Below the pieces are notes generated by a model, which saw only the letters and a list, made by a program, of their open reading frames with translations, searched no databases and was not told the origin of the DNA. Of a DNA stretch of 64,000 bases, positions 11,879 to 21,639 are shown piece after piece. Location: NCBI RefSeq assembly GCF_044385915.1, contig NZ_JBISCC010000113.1, positions 12,152 through 76,151 on the forward strand. The letters run 5' to 3'. Source of the stretch: Thalassobellus citreus. GTDB lineage: Bacteria; Bacteroidota; Bacteroidia; Flavobacteriales; Flavobacteriaceae. The translations under genes and the position numbers were made by a program. Every line of letters starts with the position of its first letter. Positions within the stretch are counted from its first letter, which is position 1.

Positions 11879-14821
11879 TTAAACCATTTTTGTAATAATA
11901 GATTTAAGTGTATTTGTTTCCTTCCATTTTAAGAGTTTTTCCTTAGTAAAAGGATTGATTTCTATTTCTGGGAAATTATACTTTAATTCCAAAAACACTT
12001 CTAACAACTTCTTTGTTCCCCTAATAGGCACATCATTCATATTATGAATCATAAGATCTAAAAGTTTGAATAAAAATTTATTGTGCATTTTAGAAACATT
12101 AAAAAGGTTTGCTGTCAGAAGATCAGTAAACCTTTTAAGCGGTGCATATTCTCCCCATTCTAATCTACCTATAATTTCACCCAATAGTGAATTATTCACT
12201 TTCTCTTCAGAGTTAGCTTTAATCCATATTTCTGCTGCAAGCTCTCTAGCCACTTTATCACTACATAAAAGTCCAGTAGCCAAAAACATATAAGTTGTTT
12301 CTTTATAATCTGCACGATGCCATATTTCATAGAGGCCTTTGAGTAAATTGATCATGTTCTTTTTACTGCTTTCATCAAAAAAAGTAGATTCTTTTAAGTT
12401 GTTATAAATAACATTACTTAAAAACATACTCGGATTATTAGGCGATAGAAACAAGAATTTCACATCATCATGAGGCTGAATAGTAGTATAATATTTCTCC
12501 TTTTTGAAATACATATATTCATAAATACTAACAACATTTTCTTGCTTTTTCTTATTATTGAAAAGATTTTTAATATCAGAGATTAAAGAATCTGGTTCTT
12601 TTTTCTTTTCACCAAATTTTTTGAAACGCAATTCTTTACGGGTCATTGTTTTTAAAACATCTTTCTTAAGAGCATAATCGTATTGTTTATATTTTTCTTC
12701 TCTTAATTTGCAATCCCATGAATAAACCCCTCTTTCTTTTTGTAATGTATTTGATAACTGTTCTTGAAAGTAAGTTATCTCCGAATTTTTATTTCTGCTA
12801 ATAACACTCTGAATCCATAAGTCTGGTCTATCAGTATAAGTCTTTTCAAGTTCAATTAAACCATAATGATACTTTAGAATGTTTTTAATTTTTTTAGTAT
12901 TTATTTCATCTATTTTTTGTGATACATCTTTGGGGAACTCATCTAACGGTAAACGTCCAAAAGCAATTTGCATATCATATAGATTTATTTCCTCATCACT
13001 TTTTTCATATGATATGATTCGATCAATTAAAACCACAGGATCAACCCAGCAAGGTGCGTGCGTTGGTGTAGATAATAAATCTAAAGTCAAACCTCTTTTG
13101 ATGAAGGATTTAGATTTTATAAATAAGAAATGATGTATTTGATATATATAATCTGGAATAGTTTGATGCTCTATTTCTTTTAGATTTTCCTTATACCGTG
13201 ATTTATAAAATCGGTCTTCTTTAAGTTTCTTGATTTTTTGATCCTTAGTTTTTCTGAAGCTTTGAAGTTCAGCAGGGTATTTCTTCATTAATATCTCTGC
13301 GAAGTCATTAATATAATAAGCAGCTTCAGACTCAAGACTTCCAATTTGACTATTCCAGCCATCAAAATTCATCGAAAGATCTAGAGAACGCTTAAAAATA
13401 GGCTCTAGCTTTGAAACATTATCTTTATTTAAAAGCAGGTTCAGCTTTGGCAAATAACTCAAAAGCAAATCTATATGATAAACTTCATTGTTATCAATAA
13501 CCTGACTTACAAAAAAGATTAGATCATCTAGTGTTTCATAGGTAGGTAGTTTGTTTTCTTCAGTCAATAACTTTGACTCTTCAACGTCAAAAACATGATC
13601 TTCAGCTTCTTCTTCTGAAGTTATATAACTCTTTAAGGTTTCTTTCGAAGAGTGAAACAAACTATCAGTGTATAAACTAATTTCATCCAACAGTTCTTGC
13701 TTCTTTGGGTCTCCATGCTTTTCAATAATTTTTGCAGCCCTTAATTGTATTTTCTCATCAACTGTAATTAATGCTTCTGAAGCTTTTTTACAAACCGAGA
13801 TTCTAGAAGCTTTATGAGCTTTAACAATCTTATCCAAAATCATAAGTGTGGAGTTAACTACAGACTTTGTTTCAGAATTCAATTGAATCGAGCTATTTTC
13901 AATAAAGACTTTGTATTTAAACTTTTTATGATCTGCTACAGTTTTAAAATATTTTAATACCGTATTCACAACTTTTGAGTGAGGCGAATTTAGGGCAGCA
14001 AAAAACTCATTCTGTAAACTTAAAATCTCTTCTATAGTAGGAGTTAGTTTAATTAACAGGTCAAAAAACCATCCGCTCAATGTTTTATTAAATCCCTTAG
14101 TGGCTGAACATATAGTCGCTATTAAAACCTTTTTTCTGTTTAGTTTATCATCATTGGTTAAATTAGAAATCGTATCAATCCAAATATCATTACCTCCCTT
14201 ATAATTTTCTAGATGTAAATAGTTATAATAATTGTTGATACCTGATTCTTCTTCAAACAAAAACCAAATATGCTCATCTAAAGTTTCTTTGTGCTTAAAT
14301 AAAACTTCAGGTTTGTAAAAACTTCTATTTTTATTATTCTCCCATTTACTTTCAACTATTGCGTTTGGTAGTCTCGCTAGTATTAATTCATGAGATGGCT
14401 GCAACAAACCTTTTTTGAATAATGTCATCGTCTTTTCGTAATCCAACTCCCAAGGCATGTCTTCATTAATTAAATCACCAAACCATTTAGGAGTATACCA
14501 AGGGATTATGTTTTCTAAATAATCATCAGTAACGGAAAGTTGGCTGACGCTGAAAAAGGCTTTTTTTGCATCTGTTTTGTTAAAACACACATAGCACACT
14601 TTACTAATAATATTTCTTTTAGTTTCAGAATGTATAGGTTTTGAAGTATCATAGGTTCCCCAATCTGATTTCTCTCTAACCATTCGGTGCTCAAAAATCT
14701 TTTCTTTATACTTTTTTAAAAAGGGAACAAGTTCTCTTTTTTCCTTTAGAGTGAGTTTTTTTAAAAAAGGGATTACATCTTTTTCTTTGAAGACAATGTC
14801 TTCTAATTCTTTTTCAAGCAT
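11879..14821 (-). CDS. Large (980 aa) alpha-helical protein of unknown function, possibly DUF4132-like
   Basis: Long ORF with 2-nt spacing to the upstream SWIM gene. No catalytic motif recognised. Confidence 0.55.
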   Translation of the reverse strand: MLEKELEDIVFKEKDVIPFLKKLTLKEKRELVPFLKKYKEKIFEHRMVREKSDWGTYDTSKPIHSETKRNIISKVCYVCFNKTDAKKAFFSVSQLSVTDDYLENIIPWYTPKWFGDLINEDMPWELDYEKTMTLFKKGLLQPSHELILARLPNAIVESKWENNKNRSFYKPEVLFKHKETLDEHIWFLFEEESGINNYYNYLHLENYKGGNDIWIDTISNLTNDDKLNRKKVLIATICSATKGFNKTLSGWFFDLLIKLTPTIEEILSLQNEFFAALNSPHSKVVNTVLKYFKTVADHKKFKYKVFIENSSIQLNSETKSVVNSTLMILDKIVKAHKASRISVCKKASEALITVDEKIQLRAAKIIEKHGDPKKQELLDEISLYTDSLFHSSKETLKSYITSEEEAEDHVFDVEESKLLTEENKLPTYETLDDLIFFVSQVIDNNEVYHIDLLLSYLPKLNLLLNKDNVSKLEPIFKRSLDLSMNFDGWNSQIGSLESEAAYYINDFAEILMKKYPAELQSFRKTKDQKIKKLKEDRFYKSRYKENLKEIEHQTIPDYIYQIHHFLFIKSKSFIKRGLTLDLLSTPTHAPCWVDPVVLIDRIISYEKSDEEINLYDMQIAFGRLPLDEFPKDVSQKIDEINTKKIKNILKYHYGLIELEKTYTDRPDLWIQSVISRNKNSEITYFQEQLSNTLQKERGVYSWDCKLREEKYKQYDYALKKDVLKTMTRKELRFKKFGEKKKEPDSLISDIKNLFNNKKKQENVVSIYEYMYFKKEKYYTTIQPHDDVKFLFLSPNNPSMFLSNVIYNNLKESTFFDESSKKNMINLLKGLYEIWHRADYKETTYMFLATGLLCSDKVARELAAEIWIKANSEEKVNNSLLGEIIGRLEWGEYAPLKRFTDLLTANLFNVSKMHNKFLFKLLDLMIHNMNDVPIRGTKKLLEVFLELKYNFPEIEINPFTKEKLLKWKETNTLKSIITKMV

Positions 14822-14822
14822 A

Positions 14823-16169
14823 TTAATTGGCTTTTGCTTTTTTCTTTACGGCTAAAATATGTTTGCATGCGCCTCGTTCACCTTGATTTTTACTAAACCA
14901 AGTACAAGTACATTTTTGCAAGTCACCTTTTATAACCACATAATGTTGTACTCCACTTCCTTCTACTTTTGCTTCTATTTCATTATCATTCTTTAGAGTG
15001 ATATTTACCTTATTATCTTCTAATAGTTTTTCAGCACCTTTTAATCTTGGATTTAATGACATTATCCTATCTAGTTTGAAAGGCAACCTTCTATAAAAGA
15101 ATCCGTTCTTAGCTAAATCATAACCCAATAGTCCCATCGCTGATAATTTGGTTGATAGTTTTTCTATTTTAGAAATATCTATTCCTTCTTCAAATGACAT
15201 TAGAGCGGGGTTGAATTCTTGATTTGTAAAAGAGTAATTATCAAACGCTTGAATCAACGAATCTGGTAAGTCTTCTATCAAAGATTCTAGCGCTGCTCCC
15301 TCTCCTGAAAAGCCTCTCCAAAAATCTCTGGAAATCGAAAAGACAAAGTTCAATTCGTCAAAACATAAAATAAAAGTCACGGATTGCATGTCTTTTTGTG
15401 GATACACTTTTAATTCATTGATTAACGGAATTAACGGCTGAAGTAATTTTAATCTATGAATTCCACCAATACAAACAGCATTATTAGCTTTTAGAGGGCT
15501 AAACAAATACTTGCTACCTCTTTTAATTAAAAAATAATCCGTTTTAACTTTTCCATTTGGAATAGTCTTAAATAGCTGAATTGCTTGAATACGATTTAAG
15601 GTTTGTGCATAATCTGATTCTGAAAAGAAATGTTGTACTGTTGTGAGTCCTTTTATCCATTTGCTTGGTAAAGGCACTTTTCTTTCAATGAAACTCTCTC
15701 CTCCTTTATGAAAACCTACTTCTTTCTGCCCCACAGACAAAATGAGATCATCATTTTTTTTGATTTTGCCTAATTCAGAAATTAAAGGGGTATTAAAATC
15801 TACATTGGTTGTACCATTTTCTATAAACTCTCCATCCTGTCCGTTGTCTAAAACATCAACTCTAGCGTATACACCTGCACAATGTGAAAAGCCTTCAAAT
15901 CTTATTTGATTATTACCAGCAGTAACTATAGGATCTTTTAATAAGGCTAATTGAAAAGGTGATAAATTAAAACTAGATTGAACTGTATTAGAAAGCGTAA
16001 TCAAACATCTTGAAAGTTCATATGGGTTATTTAGTTTCCCCCAGAAAAAGCAAGGAGAGCTCCCTTTGTCAACTTCATTAAACTTTGATAATAATAAATT
16101 CTCTTTTCCTTGTTCTTTTTTAATACTCGAAAGGGAGTTGTATTTATAATTTAAAGTTTCTGCTGACAT
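14823..16169 (-). CDS. SWIM zinc-finger domain protein
   Basis: C-terminal CTCTWFSKNQGERGACKHILAV (CxC-xn-CxH SWIM). Confidence 0.65.
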   Translation of the reverse strand: MSAETLNYKYNSLSSIKKEQGKENLLLSKFNEVDKGSSPCFFWGKLNNPYELSRCLITLSNTVQSSFNLSPFQLALLKDPIVTAGNNQIRFEGFSHCAGVYARVDVLDNGQDGEFIENGTTNVDFNTPLISELGKIKKNDDLILSVGQKEVGFHKGGESFIERKVPLPSKWIKGLTTVQHFFSESDYAQTLNRIQAIQLFKTIPNGKVKTDYFLIKRGSKYLFSPLKANNAVCIGGIHRLKLLQPLIPLINELKVYPQKDMQSVTFILCFDELNFVFSISRDFWRGFSGEGAALESLIEDLPDSLIQAFDNYSFTNQEFNPALMSFEEGIDISKIEKLSTKLSAMGLLGYDLAKNGFFYRRLPFKLDRIMSLNPRLKGAEKLLEDNKVNITLKNDNEIEAKVEGSGVQHYVVIKGDLQKCTCTWFSKNQGERGACKHILAVKKKAKAN

Positions 16170-16448
16170 ACTTTTTGTTTTTAAAAATAGTAAAAAAAAT
16201 CTGCCAACTAAATTATAGATAGAAAGTTTTAAAATAAATTATTGATGTTTAAGTATAACAGAAAAGATCCATGTCCGTAATTGGGGTTTTTGACACTTAA
16301 ACGTTAAAAATTAATAAGTTTAACAACTAAATGGATTCAATTCATATAAAATGAAAATAAATTTAATTAAGTTGGTTTTTGCGTGCAAATCGCGTGCAAA
16401 TTAAAAAAGCTTTAAAAGATAAAATCTTCTAAAGCCTTACTATTACTG

Positions 16449-16522
16449 TGGAGAAGATCGGATTCGAACCGACGACCTCTTGACTGCCAGTCAAGCACTC
16501 TAGCCAACTGAGCTACATCCCC
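16449..16522 (-). tRNA. tRNA-Ala(GGC)
   Basis: Reverse complement GGGGATGTAGCTCAGTTGGCTAGAGTGCTTGACTGGCAGTCAAGAGGTCGTCGGTTCGAATCCGATCTTCTCCA. G3:U70 Ala identity pair, anticodon loop CTGGCAG, T-loop GGTTCGAATCC. One U6:U67 mismatch. A terminator hairpin follows. Confidence 0.8.
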
Positions 16523-16527
16523 AAATA

Positions 16528-17322
16528 TTACTTTAACCCTCTTAAAACTAAAACAGGTCTTTTACTATGGAAATCTTTTTTAAGAATCGTGTTTTTTTCC
16601 CACTTCTTAGTAAAGAAACCTCGCTTACGTCTTACCACGCATAACAAGTCTGGATTATGGGTTTGAAAATGTTCTAAAGCACCTTGAAAAGTGGTTGCAT
16701 TTTCACTTTGTGTTCTAGTTGAAACAATATTATTCAAAGTCTCAGCAACCTCAAAATCACCATCATTATAATACATTGTTTTAACTAACAATAAATTAAC
16801 AACAGCATCAAAATTATTCTTTATATCGATTAATTGATCTAAAGCATTTTCCTTTTTTATAATAGCCGATTTTAATGCCAATAAAACACTTTTTATAGGT
16901 CTAAAAACATAACCTTCTGGAACTATTAGTGCCGGTATTTGTGTTTGTTTTATAATTTTGCCCGATGTTTTTCCTAAAAAGACTTCATCTTTAATAGAGT
17001 TTGTTCTCGGTTCTACCAAAATCAAATCAATATTCGCAGTTTTACAGGCTAACTCTAAGGTAGGAATTAATTTTCCTTTTAAAACCCGAACCGCAACATC
17101 AACACTTTTAGTATCAATTTTAGAAACCAAATTATTTAAAAACTCTTTGCTTTCACGTTCAATAATATGGTCAACCTTAATCATGGTTCCTGCTTTCGTA
17201 TACACATTATATACTTGCACAATAAAAAGTTTTGCCCCAAAAGCTTCAGCAAAGTCTACGGCATACTGTAAATGACTTAATGCATTTTTTGACGATCCTA
17301 CAGGAACTAAAATATTCTTCAT
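16528..17322 (-). CDS. Tandem-domain universal stress protein (UspA family)
   Basis: MKNILVPVGSS..YAVDFA and a second Usp half with VLVL C-terminus. Confidence 0.65.
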   Translation of the reverse strand: MKNILVPVGSSKNALSHLQYAVDFAEAFGAKLFIVQVYNVYTKAGTMIKVDHIIERESKEFLNNLVSKIDTKSVDVAVRVLKGKLIPTLELACKTANIDLILVEPRTNSIKDEVFLGKTSGKIIKQTQIPALIVPEGYVFRPIKSVLLALKSAIIKKENALDQLIDIKNNFDAVVNLLLVKTMYYNDGDFEVAETLNNIVSTRTQSENATTFQGALEHFQTHNPDLLCVVRRKRGFFTKKWEKNTILKKDFHSKRPVLVLRGLK

Positions 17323-17381
17323 ATCTATAAAGTTTGATAGCTAAATTTACAATAAATTTGGCGTAAAAGTAAAACTTTTAA

Positions 17382-17882
17382 ATGATTCGGAAAGCAACCG
17401 CTTTAGATATTGAAAATCTAATCTTAATTACAAAAGCTTGCGCTAGTAATTTAATTGATAAAAATATTTATCAATGGAATGCCGTATATCCTAATAAAGA
17501 AGCCTTTATTAAAGATCTTAACCGAAATGAATTATATGTTTTAGACATAGAAAACACTGTTATTGGATGCATAACTATATCAACTTTTATGGATGATGTT
17601 TACAAGCCTGTGTCGTGGCTTGTTAAAAACAACAATAATATTTACATACATCGATTAGCTATTCACCCAAAACACCAAGGACAAGGTTATGCACAACAAC
17701 TCATGCAATACGCAGAAGATTATGCTGTAAAAAACAATGCCGCTTCTATAAGATTAGATACCTTTTCGCAAAATACACGGAATTTGAAATTTTATGAACG
17801 TCGTGGTTACAAACAATTAGCTCCCATTTATTTTCCTAATCAAAGTAAACATCCGTTTTACTGTTACGAACTTGTTTTATGA
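17382..17882 (+). CDS. GNAT family N-acetyltransferase
   Basis: HRLAIHPKHQGQGYAQQLM acetyl-CoA binding motif. Confidence 0.75.
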   Translation: MIRKATALDIENLILITKACASNLIDKNIYQWNAVYPNKEAFIKDLNRNELYVLDIENTVIGCITISTFMDDVYKPVSWLVKNNNNIYIHRLAIHPKHQGQGYAQQLMQYAEDYAVKNNAASIRLDTFSQNTRNLKFYERRGYKQLAPIYFPNQSKHPFYCYELVL

Positions 17883-19213
17883 GTACAAACATCAGTTTAA
17901 AACACATTAATAAATTAGCTATTCCCGCTTTAATTGCAGGAATATCAGAACCCATCTTATCTATTACAGATACCGCTATTGTTGGAAATATTAACGGCAA
18001 CGCCACCGAATCGTTAGCAGCCGTAGGTATTGTAGGCGCCTTCATTTCTATGTTGGTTTGGGTATTAGGACAAACACGAAGTGCCATTTCGTCTATAGTA
18101 TCTCAATATGTAGGTGCTAATAATCTAGAAAAAATAAAAAATTTACCGGCTCAAGCCATTTTTATAATTACATCATTAAGTGTTTTAATTATTATATTAA
18201 CCTATCCTTTTGCTGAAAATATTTTTAAACTATATAACGCATCAGACCTCATTTTAGAATACAGTATAGATTATTATAAAATTCGTGTTTTCGGTTTTCC
18301 TTTTTCCTTATTTACTATTGCTGTTTTCGGAACTTTTAGAGGCTTACAAAACACCTATTACCCCATGATTATTGCCATTATTGGCGCCTTTATAAATATT
18401 GTTTTAGACTATATTCTTGTATTTGGCATTCAAAATTACATCCCTGCAATGCATATAAAAGGTGCTGCTTACGCTAGTCTTGTAGCTCAATGTATAATGG
18501 CATTATTATCGGCATATTATTTACTTAAAAAAACAAGTATTCCTTTAAAATTAAGCTTTCCTTTAAACAAGGAAATTATCAGATTCATCATCATGATTCT
18601 AAATTTAATTGTTAGAACCATAGCACTAAATACAACGCTTTATTTTGCTACACGTTTTGCCACAGGTTACGGAGCAGCATATATTGCCGCTTACACTATA
18701 GCCATAAACTTATGGTTTTTCGGCGCTTTTGTTATAGATGGTTATGCTAGTGCTGGTAATATTTTATCTGGAAAATTATTAGGAGCTAAAGACTATAGTT
18801 CCCTTTTAAAACTAAGCAATAAATTAATTAAATATGGTATTGTTATTGGCATTGCTATGGCTATAACTGGAGCTATTTTCTATTACCCAATAGGGCGCCT
18901 TTTTTCTAAAGACCCTGAAGTTTTAAGCCTGTTTTACAATTCGTTTTGGCTTGTCCTTATTATGCAACCTATATGCGCATTAGCTTTTATTTTTGACGGT
19001 ATTTTTAAAGGCTTAGGTAAAATGATGCATTTAAGAAATGTACTGCTATTTTCTACATTCATAGTTTTTATACCCATTCTTTTTTGGCTAGACAGTATCG
19101 GTTACAAACTACACGGTATTTTTATAGCACTTTCCTTCTGGATGATTGCAAGAGGTATCCCGCTAATTATAAAATTCAGAAAAACATTTACACAGCTTTC
19201 ACAAAACAATTAA
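17879..19213 (+). CDS. MATE family efflux transporter
   Basis: 444 aa with 12 predicted TM helices and a MATE-like N-terminus. 4-nt overlap with the GNAT gene. Confidence 0.7.
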   Translation: MSTNISLKHINKLAIPALIAGISEPILSITDTAIVGNINGNATESLAAVGIVGAFISMLVWVLGQTRSAISSIVSQYVGANNLEKIKNLPAQAIFIITSLSVLIIILTYPFAENIFKLYNASDLILEYSIDYYKIRVFGFPFSLFTIAVFGTFRGLQNTYYPMIIAIIGAFINIVLDYILVFGIQNYIPAMHIKGAAYASLVAQCIMALLSAYYLLKKTSIPLKLSFPLNKEIIRFIIMILNLIVRTIALNTTLYFATRFATGYGAAYIAAYTIAINLWFFGAFVIDGYASAGNILSGKLLGAKDYSSLLKLSNKLIKYGIVIGIAMAITGAIFYYPIGRLFSKDPEVLSLFYNSFWLVLIMQPICALAFIFDGIFKGLGKMMHLRNVLLFSTFIVFIPILFWLDSIGYKLHGIFIALSFWMIARGIPLIIKFRKTFTQLSQNN

Positions 19214-19250
19214 CTTTGTAATAAACGAGTTCAATAACTAAACTAATAAT

Positions 19251-19427
19251 ATGCAGCTATTTATTGCTTTGCTACAAGACATTAACATTGAAGAAAAAAT
19301 TCAAAACGCACCTGATAAAGAATATGAAATAGGTGTTTTTATTGGCTCGATGTTGCCTTTTGTGGTTCTAGTATTATTAGCTTATGCTATTTACAGATAT
19401 AATAAAAACAGAATTAATAAAGACTAA
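19251..19427 (+). CDS. Possible small single-TM membrane protein (58 aa)
   Basis: MQLFIALLQDIN..IGVFIGSMLPFVVLVLLAYAIYRYNKNRINKD. Below the ORF-track size cutoff. Confidence 0.3.
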   Translation: MQLFIALLQDINIEEKIQNAPDKEYEIGVFIGSMLPFVVLVLLAYAIYRYNKNRINKD

Positions 19428-19429
19428 TT

Positions 19430-19528
19430 ATGGATATCATGTCATTTTTAAGCGGAAACGGATTGTTTCTAGTACTAGCCCTAGTTTTAATCATTATTTA
19501 TGTTGTAAACAGACGAAAACGAAGATAA
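19430..19528 (+). CDS. Possible 32-aa hydrophobic peptide
   Basis: MDIMSFLSGNGLFLVLALVLIIIYVVNRRKRR. TM helix with basic tail. Confidence 0.25.
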   Translation: MDIMSFLSGNGLFLVLALVLIIIYVVNRRKRR

Positions 19529-20188
19529 TTATCTGGTTTTTAACCAACCCGTAATACTCATTCTTTTAGTATTTACTGGCTTTACTTCATGTTCAATTAT
19601 TTGGCTTTCAAAAATCACCATTCTTCCAGGAAACGGATAAATAACTTTTTCTGTTTCCTGTCCGTTTTTATTTAAATACAACACTAATTCACCACCATTT
19701 TCTGGTAGCCAACCTTCTTCATTTAAATAACATACAAACGATAATTTACGTCTATCATCATTTTGAAAGGTGTCAATATGTTTTTTGTAATAAGTACCTT
19801 TTGGGTATAAAGCATAATGAAACTCCTTATATAAAATTCCTAAAAAACAGGTTTTATTTAAATAAGCAACCAAGTCATTCATCTTATTAAAAAATAAAGA
19901 TTCTTTATGGCATGCCTTTGTTTCATCCATCCATAAAATCAAATCACCTCGTATCGATCTTTCAATAGTTGCATTCAACTTACTACCAATAGCCGCTTTT
20001 TTAAAAGCATCTTCCTCATACTTTTCTAAAAGAGAGTGTCTTAATATAGCCACTTCTTCTAAAGAAAAAAAGGATTCAACAATACTATATTGCTGCCTAG
20101 CAAGCTCAGAAATTATTTGTTCGTAAAGAGGGTTTTCAACAAAATCAATAGATTCAAATAGATGACTCATAAGCGTAGCGTAAATCAT
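19529..20188 (-). CDS. Fe(II)/2-oxoglutarate dioxygenase, PKHD/YbiX-like hydroxylase
   Basis: HIDTF (HxD) with distal His in IIEHEV. Length 219 aa. Confidence 0.65.
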   Translation of the reverse strand: MIYATLMSHLFESIDFVENPLYEQIISELARQQYSIVESFFSLEEVAILRHSLLEKYEEDAFKKAAIGSKLNATIERSIRGDLILWMDETKACHKESLFFNKMNDLVAYLNKTCFLGILYKEFHYALYPKGTYYKKHIDTFQNDDRRKLSFVCYLNEEGWLPENGGELVLYLNKNGQETEKVIYPFPGRMVIFESQIIEHEVKPVNTKRMSITGWLKTR

Positions 20189-20285
20189 CTATCCTTAAAT
20201 TTTGGACAAAGGTGAGCAAATGTAATATAAAAACCGTTTGCTTTTACAAAATGAATATCTTTGTATTTTTAAACTATACTTTATA

Positions 20286-20738
20286 ATGAGTGGTATTCGC
20301 ATAACAAAACAATTCTCTTTCGAAACTGGTCATGCCCTTTATGGCTACGACGGTAAATGTAAAAACGTCCATGGCCATAGCTACAAACTTTCGGTAACTG
20401 TGTTTGGCAAGCCTATTTCAGATAAAAACCATGTAAAATATGGGATGGTAATCGATTTTGGAGACCTTAAAAAAATTGTAAAAGAAGAAATTGTAGATGT
20501 TTTCGACCACGCCACCGTTTTCAATAAAAACACACCGCATGTAGAACTTGCAAAAGAACTTCAAGACCGCGGACACAATGTATTACTGGTAGATTACCAA
20601 CCAACAAGCGAAATGATGGTTATCGATTTTTCAAAAAAAATAAAGAAACGCCTGCCATCACATATTGCTTTACACTCTTTAAAACTACAGGAAACCGAAA
20701 GCTCTTTTGCCGAATGGTTTGCTTTCGATAACGTTTAG
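20286..20738 (+). CDS. queD: 6-carboxytetrahydropterin synthase (QueD/PTPS family). ORF-track start at 20238 is probably too early.
   Basis: FETGHALYGYDGKCKNVHGHSY contains the C-x3-HGH motif. Confidence 0.7.
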   Translation: MSGIRITKQFSFETGHALYGYDGKCKNVHGHSYKLSVTVFGKPISDKNHVKYGMVIDFGDLKKIVKEEIVDVFDHATVFNKNTPHVELAKELQDRGHNVLLVDYQPTSEMMVIDFSKKIKKRLPSHIALHSLKLQETESSFAEWFAFDNV

Positions 20739-20754
20739 GGCGTTACCCTAAAGG

Positions 20755-20814
20755 GTCGGGCTTTCACAAGTCGCGCTCTGCGAGGCGCTCCAACAATTGC
20801 TCAATCCCTAACGC
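20755..20814 (+). repeat. 60-nt conserved structured element, copy A. Inverted copy at 46572..46631.
   Basis: 55 of 60 nt identical. Internal hairpin GC[G/T]CTC-TGC-GAGG[C/A]GC with compensatory G:C to T:A change between copies. Confidence 0.6.
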
Positions 20815-20886
20815 AAACCCATCTGCGAAGTATAGTTCTAATACAAATATTCGTGTATTCGTGGCTAATTTATTTATATTTACAAC

Positions 20887-21639
20887 ATGCAAATTCCAAA
20901 AGGAAAAAAAATATATTTCGCTTCAGATAACCATTTAGGAGCTCCTACACAAGAAGCTTCTCGTCCGCGCGAAAAAAAATTCGTAGCATGGTTAGACGAA
21001 ATAAAGCATGATGCAGCTGCCATTTTCCTTCTAGGCGATTTATTCGATTTTTGGTTCGAATACAAAACAGTTGTTCCAAAAGGATTCACCAGAACCTTAG
21101 GTAAACTTGCCGAAATATCAGATTCTGGAATTCCAATTCACTATTTTGTTGGCAACCACGATTTATGGATGAACGGCTATTTTGAAGAAGAACTAAACAT
21201 TCCTGTTTACCACAAACCCAAAGAGTTTACTTTTAACGATAAAACATTTTTCATAGGTCATGGCGACGGTTTAGGTCCTGGCGACAAAGGCTATAAACGC
21301 ATGAAAAAGGTATTTATTAGTCCGTTTTTTAAATGGCTTTTTAAATGGGGACACCCAGATATTGGTATGCGTATCGCACAATATTTATCAGTTAAAAACA
21401 AATTGATTTCTGGTGACGATGATGCTAAATTTCTTGGTGAAGAAAACGAATGGTTAGCCATTTACTGTAAACGAAAACTTGAAGAAAAACATCGTGATTA
21501 TTTTGTGTTTGGTCACCGTCATTTACCACTAGAAATGAATCTAAACGACAATTCAAAATACATCAATCTAGGCGATTGGATTCAATATTACACCTATGGC
21601 ACTTTTGATGGTGAACATTTTGAGTTAAAAAAACATTAA
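20887..21639 (+). CDS. lpxH: UDP-2,3-diacylglucosamine diphosphatase (LpxH-like calcineurin phosphoesterase)
   Basis: YFASDNHLG, LLGDLFDFW and GNHD metallophosphatase motifs. Confidence 0.65.
   Translation: MQIPKGKKIYFASDNHLGAPTQEASRPREKKFVAWLDEIKHDAAAIFLLGDLFDFWFEYKTVVPKGFTRTLGKLAEISDSGIPIHYFVGNHDLWMNGYFEEELNIPVYHKPKEFTFNDKTFFIGHGDGLGPGDKGYKRMKKVFISPFFKWLFKWGHPDIGMRIAQYLSVKNKLISGDDDAKFLGEENEWLAIYCKRKLEEKHRDYFVFGHRHLPLEMNLNDNSKYINLGDWIQYYTYGTFDGEHFELKKH

Noticed and set aside
16381-16402. Tandem direct repeat GCGTGCAAAT x2 downstream of tRNA-Ala
   Set aside because: Only two short copies beside the tRNA terminator. Too little to call a functional repeat.
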